In this document: positions 18,643-27,564 of the stretch, in pieces
Numbering within the stretch: the stretch's first letter is position 1
Layout of the letters: the number at the start of each line of letters is the position of its first letter
Source of the DNA: Patescibacteria group bacterium
Lineage (GTDB): Bacteria; Patescibacteriota; WWE3; UBA101185; 2-01-FULL-41-18
DNA length: 64,000 bases
Assembly: GCA_038064575.1 (NCBI GenBank)
Contig: JBBTST010000001.1
Span: 35,650-99,649 of the forward strand
Direction of reading: 5' to 3'
Made by a program: the position numbers and the translations under genes
The notes under the pieces: model-generated
Told to the model about the DNA's origin: nothing
Databases searched by the model: none
The model's input: the letters and a program-made list of their open reading frames with translations, nothing else

Positions 18643-19203
18643 ATGAAAAAAGTATTCTCCAATATTTTCCTAGTAATAGCAGTCATTTGTTTTTTATCAG
18701 CCACCTTTCTCATCTACAAAAAATATCAAAATAAAAACGTGTATGTAGATCAAAAAACTGTTCAAGAGCTGTATTCAGGGCAAGCAATTTATAAAAAACC
18801 GGTTTTTATTAAAATTAGAACACTTGATATAAGCCTTCCCATCATTGAATCTTCAATTAAGAAAGGGGTTTGGGAAACAAATGACAAAGGCGTTTCTTAC
18901 TTACTCAATTCGCCCCTACCCGGAGAATCAGGAAATAGCATACTATACGGACACAACTTTCCGGGCCTTTTGGGAAAGCTTAAAAATATTCAAAGAGACA
19001 ATGAAATTGAAATTTTATTTAATAACGGAGAGGTAAAAAGATTTGTGGTTAAGGCTACCAGTACCACAGGATCAAAAAGTTTACACATACTAAAACAAAC
19101 CCAGGACACAAGAATTACTATTTACACTTGTACAGGCTTTATGGATTCTAAAAGGTTTGTAGTAACAGCAGTTCCTAAAAAAGACACTCAAGTTTTGAAT
19201 TGA
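18643..19203 (+). CDS. sortase
   Basis: N-terminal TM; YGHN, TIYTC and KRFVV give the His-Cys-Arg triad. Confidence 0.92.
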   Translation: MKKVFSNIFLVIAVICFLSATFLIYKKYQNKNVYVDQKTVQELYSGQAIYKKPVFIKIRTLDISLPIIESSIKKGVWETNDKGVSYLLNSPLPGESGNSILYGHNFPGLLGKLKNIQRDNEIEILFNNGEVKRFVVKATSTTGSKSLHILKQTQDTRITIYTCTGFMDSKRFVVTAVPKKDTQVLN

Positions 19204-19247
19204 ACTTCCTTGTATTAACTTAAAATCTAACTTAGTATTTTCTTAAC

Positions 19248-19742
19248 ATGTTTAAAACTGCCAATCAATACGGATTTACTCTGGTAGAGCTTCTCACTGT
19301 CATGGGCATGTTGGTTATGCTTGCAACCATAATTCTTGTACTTATAAATCCTTCAAAAATGTTGGAACAAGCAAGAACTGCAGCAGCTTATGAGTCGCTA
19401 GCTGCAATTGCAAAGGCTGCTCACACATTCTCAAATGAAAACGGATACTTTCCCTCTGATGTGAATAGAAATCTCCCACAAGAGTTTATTGAGTATCTAT
19501 CACCAGGGGCATGGCCAAATGGGCCTTTTCCGGGCTCAGTTTACGATTGGGACAACTGGGAAACCCAGACCTGCTGGGATGGCTCTACAGGCATAATTCA
19601 GGTCACCTTGAGGCAAATTAACGGCTACCAGGGCAAAAACAACTACACAATCTACTATGTGATACAGGGTATAGGAGTGCCCCACTGCAGTACCACTACC
19701 GTAAAAGGAAAATGTATCAACTGTGATAGTAGATACCCCTAA
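19248..19742 (+). CDS. type IV pilin / prepilin-type protein
   Basis: G|FTLVELL class III signal; four Cys; own promoter TTGTAT-17-TAGTAT at 19210-19238. Confidence 0.88.
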   Translation: MFKTANQYGFTLVELLTVMGMLVMLATIILVLINPSKMLEQARTAAAYESLAAIAKAAHTFSNENGYFPSDVNRNLPQEFIEYLSPGAWPNGPFPGSVYDWDNWETQTCWDGSTGIIQVTLRQINGYQGKNNYTIYYVIQGIGVPHCSTTTVKGKCINCDSRYP

Positions 19743-19747
19743 ACCCT

Positions 19748-21475
19748 TCATCCAAAAGTAAAAGCAAAAATCAATGTGTTTTGATCCAGAAACTCCAATT
19801 CCAGAGTGTGTTCCCCGGGTTCACCAAGATTAATTAGAGTATAAAGTCTGTTTTCAGAAACAGAAACTAAACCATTTGACACATCATCTCCTGAATTCTG
19901 ATTAGTAACCAAAACGCCATCAAGATAAACTTTAACCTCTCCTACCACCCCTTCAGCCTTTGGCTTCATCACAAGATACACATTCTTTGAATTAAAGTTT
20001 AATCTAAGACCCCCTTTTGCCGAATTTGAGTATTCAGCTTTAACCACATAACTTCCCTTAAAGGCAACAGTGTTCTTCTTTTGAGTTAACGGGTAGGTAT
20101 AATTCTTTTCAATATTTTGCTCTATTTTCTCAGGAGAAGAAAAGTATTCTATTCTTTTAAAACCTAAATAAAGCTCAGGCGTATCAGCATACACTTGATA
20201 TTCTTCATTCCTAACTGGCATATCAACAACACTTGGGTTTATCTCCCTCAATAGTTTTTGTATAAGCTTCTCAGAAACGTCATACTCGCCTTCACCAAAA
20301 TGAGTTCCTCTGATTTTTCCCTCCTTATCAATAAAGTATTTGGCTGGCCAGTACCTATTGTTATATGCTCGCCATGTTGCAAAATTGTTGTCCTGAACAA
20401 CAGGATAAGTAATACCAAAGTCAGAAACTGCCTTTTTTAGATTTGCCACGTTTTTTTCAAATTCAAATTCCGGAGAATGAACTCCAATAATAACAAGCCC
20501 TTTATCCTTATACTTTGAATGCCATTCTTTTAAGTACGGCAGCGTCCTAATACAATTTATACAGGAATAAGTCCAAAAATCTATGAGCACAACTTTACCT
20601 CTCAACTCAGAGAGCTTTAGCTCTTGAGAGTTTAACCAAACACCTCCGGGAATAATTTCCGGAGCCTGAAAATACTTTTCTTTTACTACTGTATCCAAAG
20701 ACTTACCTAAATTGTTTGAATTTGGATTACCTTTAAGTTTGCCCAAAGCTTCATTGACTAACTTGTTCTCTTCAAATTTTGTTAATCCAACACCATAATT
20801 TGGAAACTTTTCCAATATGAAAGCCTGAAATTTCCTATCCTGATTGGTTAGTATTGCAATTCCGGTAACAATCATCAAAACTCCAAAAGTTTTTTGAATA
20901 TTTACAGTGTTTTTAAGAAGCCACTGATTCCTATTCAAAAGTTCTTTTCCTCCATAAGTAATTGCAAACATTGGAATAGCAGTACCAAAGGAATATGAAA
21001 GGGTAATTAAGATTGTGGATCCGTTTACCAAGCCCGTCAGAGCAAGAGATATAACTGAAGCAAGAATAGGCCCTACACAAGGTGTCCATATAAGCCCAAG
21101 ACTTACCCCCACCAAAAACCCTCCCATAAGACCGGAATTTGTATTTGACCTTGGAAGAAAAGCTGACAAGCGGGAAAAAATAAGTTCTATCAAAACCTGA
21201 GCTTTTGGGATCAAAAGACTTAATCCAAAACCTATTATCACAACTACAGACACCAGTCTAAGCGCTTCAGCAGGAATATTTGTAGCCCTAATTATTGAGG
21301 AGAGAGTCAGCGTAAAAAAAGTAAAGCTTGAAATAAACCCTAAGACTATCCCTATTGGCCTTCTTTTTCCACCGGCAACAGACCCTGATAAAACCACAGG
21401 CAGTATTGGTAAAATACAGGGAGATAATATAGTTACAAATCCGGCAATAAAAGCAAACAGTATTAAAAGAATCAT
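19748..21475 (-). CDS. dipZ: DipZ-type CcdA-thioredoxin fusion
   Basis: LSPCILP and WTPCVGP in the TM domain, WTYSCINC Trx domain, C-terminal beta domain. Confidence 0.88.
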   Translation of the reverse strand: MILLILFAFIAGFVTILSPCILPILPVVLSGSVAGGKRRPIGIVLGFISSFTFFTLTLSSIIRATNIPAEALRLVSVVVIIGFGLSLLIPKAQVLIELIFSRLSAFLPRSNTNSGLMGGFLVGVSLGLIWTPCVGPILASVISLALTGLVNGSTILITLSYSFGTAIPMFAITYGGKELLNRNQWLLKNTVNIQKTFGVLMIVTGIAILTNQDRKFQAFILEKFPNYGVGLTKFEENKLVNEALGKLKGNPNSNNLGKSLDTVVKEKYFQAPEIIPGGVWLNSQELKLSELRGKVVLIDFWTYSCINCIRTLPYLKEWHSKYKDKGLVIIGVHSPEFEFEKNVANLKKAVSDFGITYPVVQDNNFATWRAYNNRYWPAKYFIDKEGKIRGTHFGEGEYDVSEKLIQKLLREINPSVVDMPVRNEEYQVYADTPELYLGFKRIEYFSSPEKIEQNIEKNYTYPLTQKKNTVAFKGSYVVKAEYSNSAKGGLRLNFNSKNVYLVMKPKAEGVVGEVKVYLDGVLVTNQNSGDDVSNGLVSVSENRLYTLINLGEPGEHTLELEFLDQNTLIFAFTFG

Positions 21476-21491
21476 CTTACCCTAAACCATT

Positions 21492-21950
21492 CTACCTAGT
21501 ATTTTCAGTAAGCTCCTTAATTCCTCCGCCATTCCATTTTTTTATTTCTTTCCCACCCTCATCAACATAAACAAAAGTATGCTGATAAGTTATTGCATAT
21601 TTAGCTTTAAGATCTGTCTCAGAATCATAATCGATCTTCAAAAGAACCACGTCCTGCGGAATCAAAGAGGCCTTTTCCATAAATTCCGAGTTTGCAGTTT
21701 TACAGGACGGACACCATTTTGCATGAAAGAAGTAAACTCTTTTAAATCCCTTTGCCGTATCTAGATTTTCTCTGGAATAATCAATATATCTTCCATTTTT
21801 TACTGAAGTTGCTTGATTATTTTCTAGTGGAGGCTGCTGTTTTAAGCTACTGGTACCTAAATTACCTGCATTTTGGTAGCTTAAAAAAACAAAAAATCCA
21901 ACAAATACCAAACCTAACACACCAAGTGGCAAAAAAATTTTGTTATTCAT
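21492..21950 (-). CDS. membrane-anchored thioredoxin-family protein
   Basis: N-terminal TM, FFHAKWCPSC; start re-called to MNNKIF. Confidence 0.88.
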   Translation of the reverse strand: MNNKIFLPLGVLGLVFVGFFVFLSYQNAGNLGTSSLKQQPPLENNQATSVKNGRYIDYSRENLDTAKGFKRVYFFHAKWCPSCKTANSEFMEKASLIPQDVVLLKIDYDSETDLKAKYAITYQHTFVYVDEGGKEIKKWNGGGIKELTENTR

Positions 21951-22016
21951 TCTCAAAAATCTTATAGATAGGTACTTATATATAATATAAGCATGGCTAG
22001 GCCACCTTGGCAACTA

Positions 22017-24146
22017 TTAAAGTTTAATTACAGAAAGAATATTACTAAAATTATCTGTAAACAAACTGCTATCTTTTATCACTTTTCTCCCTTGCGCTTT
22101 TTTAATTTCAGCACTTGAAATAAAATCTTCATCTTTGGTAAGCAATACCCAAGATCCAGAAGTGTGAGGAATATGTGGCAAACCTTCAATACCAGTTTCT
22201 ACCTTACTTTCAAGGTAAACAAATTTAAAGTCTATAAACTCCGCTACTTTTTTGAGGGCTGGAGAAAGATCTAAATGTCTATTTGATATATGAGCAACAA
22301 TTATCCCGTTACTTCCCAAATGTTTTTTATAAATAGTGAATGCTTCAGAGGTCAAAAGATGCATTGGAATAGCATCGTCATTAAAAGCATCCAAAACTAA
22401 AATATCAAAGTTTTCCTCTCCCAATACAAGCTCCTCTTCAAGGCTTTTTCTACCATCTCCCATTTTGATCTCAACTTTGGAATTACCAGCTTCACAATCT
22501 TTAATAAATGAAAAGTATTTATTAGAAACGTATTCCATCACAGGGTTTATTTCATAAAATTTTAAGAAATCGCCATTTTGACAAAACCTTGCTATACTCC
22601 CGGCTCCTAAACCTAATACGCCAATTCTTAGAGGTTTGCCTTTCAATCTTTTAGAGTGATACTTAGAAGCTAAACCTATCCCACTTGTATCGGTGTAATA
22701 ATAAATTGCATTCTTCTTATAGTTTTGGTCCTCAATTTGTATCCCGTGTAAAGTAGCTCCGTGAACAACAGCTATAGCATGCAAATTTTTGTTAATTACT
22801 CTTTTTTCTACTCTTGTTACGCCATAAAAGTTTCTCTTAACAAATAAAAGTCCTGAAAAAACATCTCTTTTAATTCTGTAAGGAAGTATCAGAAAGACAG
22901 CCGCAATGGGATATAAAAGAAGGATTGCGAATCTTCTATGATTTGCAAAGGCCTTTCTTAACCAAGAGTTTTCATCTCTCAGTATATATAGCATATATAG
23001 ATAAATCACAACAATTGCTATTGGAAATTCCCACAAACCTCTAAAGAGCAATGGGGCCACAACACTTGCAAACAAAGAGCCTAAAAAACTGCCAAAAGAA
23101 ATATACAGATAAAAAGCACCAACTTGAGAATTATCTCTAGGTCTTTTTTCAAAAAGCTTAATATGAAGAACCATTAAAGATGACAGCAGAAGTAAACCTA
23201 TAACTACTGTTTTAACTACTATATTTATACCAATTATCAAAAAATAAAAAGCTGCGGTTACATAAAGTATTTTTGTAAAAGCAGTCAAATAAATAAGGCT
23301 TTCTTTCCTGAAAGCAAAAGCAAAAGAAATAAGGTAAAGAGCAAGCGGAAAAAGCCACAAAAGAGGGAACGGTGCAATTTCAAGAGTTAAAACACTGGTA
23401 GTTGATAGAAGCATAAGTGAGGATAAAAAGGATATAGCCACCCATTTAAACTTCTGGTGCCCCTCCTCTTTTTTCACCCCATCCTGTTCAAACTCAAAAG
23501 ATTGATGCATAAAATCTTCATTTTTATTCTTGAACTCAATACCAAGCAGAAATAACATGAGTAAAACAAAAAAAACTAACAAAACACCCCATATATTAAT
23601 CTGGGAATTAAGGGTAACGAATGGTTCGATTAAAAAAGGGTAAGCAAGGATAGCTGCAAAAGAGCCAAAATTGGAGACACCATAAATCCAATAAAAATCC
23701 CTTTTTTTAAACTTATATAAATTTTGTAAAAATACGGACGTAGTTGACAGTAGAAAGAAAGGAATACCCACCCCAATAAGCAGGTATCTAACCATCTCAA
23801 AGACTTGTAAAATAAAGCTTTCATTTGTTGAAATGTCAGAGGGTCTTAACACCCCAGTCAGAGGAAAATAGGTTGAGAAGAAAGTTAAATAAAAAACACC
23901 AAGAATTAAACCAATGTGTACTATTTTTTGCTTATTTAAATTTATTTTTCCTAACATGAAAGAATAAAAGTAACCAATAAGTAAGATGGACTGGAAAAAA
24001 AGCATTGAAGTTGTCCAAACATGGTTACTACCTCCAAAACTTGGCAGTAACAGTTTATTAACTGCAGGTTCAATAAAAAATAATAAAAACGCACTTAAGA
24101 AAGCTATTAGTCCATAAAGAATGCTTATAAAATCAAGCCTCATCAA
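22017..24146 (-). CDS. fused membrane / spermidine-synthase-like SAM-fold protein
   Basis: ~13 TMs then HGATLHG, LGLGAG, YEINP, GDGR, LDAF. Confidence 0.85.
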   Translation of the reverse strand: MMRLDFISILYGLIAFLSAFLLFFIEPAVNKLLLPSFGGSNHVWTTSMLFFQSILLIGYFYSFMLGKINLNKQKIVHIGLILGVFYLTFFSTYFPLTGVLRPSDISTNESFILQVFEMVRYLLIGVGIPFFLLSTTSVFLQNLYKFKKRDFYWIYGVSNFGSFAAILAYPFLIEPFVTLNSQINIWGVLLVFFVLLMLFLLGIEFKNKNEDFMHQSFEFEQDGVKKEEGHQKFKWVAISFLSSLMLLSTTSVLTLEIAPFPLLWLFPLALYLISFAFAFRKESLIYLTAFTKILYVTAAFYFLIIGINIVVKTVVIGLLLLSSLMVLHIKLFEKRPRDNSQVGAFYLYISFGSFLGSLFASVVAPLLFRGLWEFPIAIVVIYLYMLYILRDENSWLRKAFANHRRFAILLLYPIAAVFLILPYRIKRDVFSGLLFVKRNFYGVTRVEKRVINKNLHAIAVVHGATLHGIQIEDQNYKKNAIYYYTDTSGIGLASKYHSKRLKGKPLRIGVLGLGAGSIARFCQNGDFLKFYEINPVMEYVSNKYFSFIKDCEAGNSKVEIKMGDGRKSLEEELVLGEENFDILVLDAFNDDAIPMHLLTSEAFTIYKKHLGSNGIIVAHISNRHLDLSPALKKVAEFIDFKFVYLESKVETGIEGLPHIPHTSGSWVLLTKDEDFISSAEIKKAQGRKVIKDSSLFTDNFSNILSVIKL

Positions 24147-24229
24147 GTGGAAAGTCTAGCATATTTTTTATAAAAATAAGCTTCTACATTATTGAGAACG
24201 AGTAATCTAAAAGTTGAGGAAACAGGAAA

Positions 24230-24988
24230 TTAATTTTTGTAAGCTTTAATATAACCCGTTTCTCCCCATGATATAGTAAAAAGGTTACGTTTGACATTGG
24301 TGATAAAACCTTCTGCCTGTAACTTTGCTACAAGTTTGGGAAAGCCAATCCCAATTTCTTTATTTGTATGATATTCAAGATAAATTTTCTCAACCTTTTT
24401 GAACACGCTGCTGGGGGAATTTAGAATGATATCGTATTCTGATCCCTCAACATCAATTTTTAGAAAATCAACTTTATGAAGATTGTTTTCTTTCAAAACG
24501 TTTTCAAGAGAAATCTTTGGCACTGTTATTTCTTTTTCAACAAATTTTGTTTTAAATGAAGAATTAAAGACAGGGCTCATTTCATTTACATAAAGATTCA
24601 GAAACCCATCACTGGAGGTTACAGCTTTATTAAAAGCAGAAACATTATGCAACTTGTTCAAGGACAGATTTTTTTGAAGTTGATCAAAACTTGGTTTAAA
24701 AGGTTCGTACACGAATACATGACCTAGTAGACATTGTTGAGCTGCCCACACTGCAAAAGAGCCTATGTTCCCACCTATATCAACTACTATATCTTTTGAT
24801 TTAATTTTAAGTTCCTTGTCATAATAGGCTTTTAACTTGAATGCTTCCCACACTGTAACTTTGTCTGAAGTATTTTGTCTTACTTCAAATTTAGAAAGTC
24901 CATCCGGTGAATATATTGAAGTTTTTCCCCTCTCAAAAAGATAAGGAAATTTATTTAAAAAAGTGTCTAATTTTGGATTAAGTATCAT
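24230..24988 (-). CDS. FkbM-family methyltransferase
   Basis: VDIGGNIG, YEP, LKIDVEGSE; start re-called to ATG at 24988. Confidence 0.88.
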   Translation of the reverse strand: MILNPKLDTFLNKFPYLFERGKTSIYSPDGLSKFEVRQNTSDKVTVWEAFKLKAYYDKELKIKSKDIVVDIGGNIGSFAVWAAQQCLLGHVFVYEPFKPSFDQLQKNLSLNKLHNVSAFNKAVTSSDGFLNLYVNEMSPVFNSSFKTKFVEKEITVPKISLENVLKENNLHKVDFLKIDVEGSEYDIILNSPSSVFKKVEKIYLEYHTNKEIGIGFPKLVAKLQAEGFITNVKRNLFTISWGETGYIKAYKN

Positions 24989-25076
24989 TTGTTGGTGAAC
25001 GTTTTTGAATGGTTGCGAGCACGCGACGTTTCTGAAATGCAGTATAATAAAATTACAACGAATTTTCAATTCATTT

Positions 25077-26228
25077 ATGAAAACTCTTTTTCGTCTAAAC
25101 ACAAAAAAGTCTGTTGATCGAGGAATATTTATCAAAAGTAAAGTGAATCTGATATTAACGGCGGTTATTTTTGTGACTGTTGTTACAATCGTAGCGATTA
25201 TTTACTTTTGGTGGGGAGGAAAAATAAATGATGAAAACCAAGATTATAAACAAGTAGCAAATGCATGCAAAAAGCCTAAACTAAAAGCAATAAGTGTTGC
25301 TACTGTCAAAGATGAACAACCTGATTATTTAAAATCAGATTGTCATTTTTCTTCTTATGAACCGATTGTAATATCAGGACTTGATAAAACAACTTGCACA
25401 AGAATTTCCAAATATTTTATAATCGATAAAAACCAAGTATATAAACAGCAGTATGATCCTGGCAGTTCGGACTATTCGAGCTATATAATCCTAAAAGAAG
25501 CCGACTCGAATTCATTTAGAGCTTTAAAATACGGTTACTATCAAGACAGTAGAAATTTATTTTATGATACTGGTGAAAATTACAAAATAGTCAACGGAAT
25601 TGATCTAAAATCAATTCAAATATTATCTACCCATTTCATAAAGGATAAAAATAATATTTTCTTTTCCCAATTATACCGGCAATCAGAAATTAAACCACTT
25701 CAAGGATTTGACGTAGATAGTTTTTCAGTCGTCCAAAATAATACATATCATGAACAATATTTCAAAGATAAAAATGGCGTGTATTTTAGCGAAAGAGTCG
25801 GTGTTTTCTCTCCCAATAGTTCAAAGATTCATGAGGCTAATGTGGGTTCAATTAAAGTGATGCAAAGATCTCTGTTGGCAAAAGATAACAATTTCGTATA
25901 TTACAACGGTAAAATAGTTTCGCATCTTGATGCGCTTACATTTGAAGAGTTAGACGGCGGTTATTATAGAGATGCTCGCAGTATTTACACACGAAATTTC
26001 AATGTACTTCCAAATAGCGACTCCTGCACGTTTGAATTGATTGGCTACAAAACCCAATACGAGTGGTCGGGGTATGCAAAAGATAAAAATCAAGTCTACT
26101 ATCATGACTCTATAGTTGAAGGCGCTGATCCTTCAACTTTCCAAGCGAAAGAGCCTGAATCCGGTATTTACGGAGGCTTCGATAAGAACTTTCAATATGA
26201 AGGCAGATACAGAATTCAAAATAAATAA
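25077..26228 (+). CDS. DKNYY-repeat surface protein
   Basis: N-terminal TM; repeated units KDKNxVYY / AD..SF..L. Confidence 0.85.
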   Translation: MKTLFRLNTKKSVDRGIFIKSKVNLILTAVIFVTVVTIVAIIYFWWGGKINDENQDYKQVANACKKPKLKAISVATVKDEQPDYLKSDCHFSSYEPIVISGLDKTTCTRISKYFIIDKNQVYKQQYDPGSSDYSSYIILKEADSNSFRALKYGYYQDSRNLFYDTGENYKIVNGIDLKSIQILSTHFIKDKNNIFFSQLYRQSEIKPLQGFDVDSFSVVQNNTYHEQYFKDKNGVYFSERVGVFSPNSSKIHEANVGSIKVMQRSLLAKDNNFVYYNGKIVSHLDALTFEELDGGYYRDARSIYTRNFNVLPNSDSCTFELIGYKTQYEWSGYAKDKNQVYYHDSIVEGADPSTFQAKEPESGIYGGFDKNFQYEGRYRIQNK

Positions 26229-26248
26229 GTTCTTTAAAATTTTTGCGC

Positions 26249-26618
26249 TTTGGTCCGGGTGATCTGTATACGAATCTTATTCCTAACTTACTTGTTTCGG
26301 GAATGCAAGAAACAATTGTTGGGTAAAGCTAAAATAATTTATATTGTTAATCTCATGACTAAACGCGGACAAACGACCGGATACAAGGCCTCGAATCATA
26401 TACTTGATATTGAGTATTATCTGGGAAGAAAAGTCGATTTTATAGTGATAAGTAATTCTGAACTTCCGGATTTTGCAAAAAAACATTATGAGCAGAGTCT
26501 TGAGAAAGTTGTTGAAAATGATTTGGAAAAGCTTGAGGCTCAAGGTAGAGTTCTTATACGGGGAGACTATGTTTTGGATGAAAAATTTGAGAAAAGCCAA
26601 GCTGATAAAAAGAAATAA
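26249..26618 (+). pseudogene. truncated, frameshifted fragment of a YvcK/CofD-like (UPF0052) gene
   Basis: FGPGDLYTNLIPNLLVSG in one frame (stop 26324-26326), continuing as KAKIIYIVNLMTKRGQT in the +1 frame. Confidence 0.8.
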
Positions 26619-26645
26619 TCTTGCCTAGAGAAAGGAGATAAGCTA

Positions 26646-26798
26646 ATGAACGCGCTAGTTCAGTTTGGGCTTCGTGCTGCGTGGGCCGCGTTTGATTTGT
26701 TTGGTAAAGTTACCAACTTGCAACCTCCGGGATCCAAGGCTCCTAAAGGAAAGATCCCACAGGCGAAGCGGCGACGACCAAAACCCAAGTCCACCTGA
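26646..26798 (+). CDS. 50-aa amphipathic/cationic peptide (absent from the ORF track)
   Basis: SD GAAAGGAGA; MNALVQFGLRAAWAAFDLFGKVTNLQPPGSKAPKGKIPQAKRRRPKPKST; terminator follows. Confidence 0.6.
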   Translation: MNALVQFGLRAAWAAFDLFGKVTNLQPPGSKAPKGKIPQAKRRRPKPKST

Positions 26799-26806
26799 CC
26801 CATGCT

Positions 26807-26846
26807 AAAGCCTCTTTTCTCTATACAAAGAATTGAGGCTTTTTTG
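26807..26846. terminator. intrinsic terminator, probably bidirectional (peptide gene / tRNA-Glu)
   Basis: aaagcctc...gaggcttt followed by a T run. Confidence 0.7.
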
Positions 26847-26909
26847 CTTTATGAGTTCAGTAAGATTAAAGTAATTATTTACTAACTCGATTAAGGCTTC
26901 ATTCACTTT

Positions 26910-26986
26910 TGGTGACCCCGGCGGGATTCGAACCCGCGATATCCACCCTGAGAAGGTGGCGTCCTGAACCGCTAGACGACGGGGCC
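26910..26986 (-). tRNA. tRNA-Glu (CTC)
   Basis: cloverleaf; anticodon arm ccacc-ttCTCag-ggtgg; GGTTCGAATCC; encoded CCA. Confidence 0.95.
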
Positions 26987-27100
26987 AAAACCGGAAATCC
27001 TCAAAGTATAACGTGTTGAATTATAACAAAATAACCCATCCCCCGGAAAAACTAAGGGAAGCGCTCTCAAATTACCGTTTGTGCTATACTATTTTCACTT

Positions 27101-27541
27101 ATGGTGGGGGCAATAAAGCTTAAAAACAACCTTTCTTCAATAGGCTTGGGAATCATGGCAGCCGGAGCTATTGCCTCTTACATAGTATTTGCCACCTTTG
27201 AACCACTAACTCTTCCAGAGCCAAATAAAAATGTAAAAGGTATCAAAACACTAAAATCTACCTTTGAAGTCCCAAGTTATCCTGATGCAAATGAAATGGG
27301 TCAAGATCAAAAGTATGACTCCAACCAGGTAACCCTCTCAACCAAAGACCCAATAGAAAAAGTTCATTCCTATTACAAAAATGTCTTTGAGTCCAAAGGT
27401 TTTAAGCAAACTAAAGAAATTAAATTTAGTCAGAACTACTTTGCAAAGTACAAGAAACTAGAGGAGGAGGTTTCAGTTTCCATCACCAAGGACAGCGCAA
27501 CCAATGGTTCTATAATAAGCATAGAAAATACAAAAGATTAA
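27101..27541 (+). CDS. membrane-anchored hypothetical protein
   Basis: N-terminal TM, PSYPDA motif; TATACT upstream. Confidence 0.7.
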   Translation: MVGAIKLKNNLSSIGLGIMAAGAIASYIVFATFEPLTLPEPNKNVKGIKTLKSTFEVPSYPDANEMGQDQKYDSNQVTLSTKDPIEKVHSYYKNVFESKGFKQTKEIKFSQNYFAKYKKLEEEVSVSITKDSATNGSIISIENTKD

Positions 27542-27564
27542 AATTTCAAACATAAAAGTTATCA

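Noticed and set aside
24989-25135. Overlapping N-terminal extensions of the FkbM and DKNYY ORFs
   Set aside because: Downstream ATGs (24988 and 25077) remove the overlap and leave a normal divergent intergenic region.
26250-26618. 122-aa ORF treated as an intact gene
   Set aside because: Its N-terminus is out of frame with the YvcK-like homology, so it is called as a pseudogene fragment.
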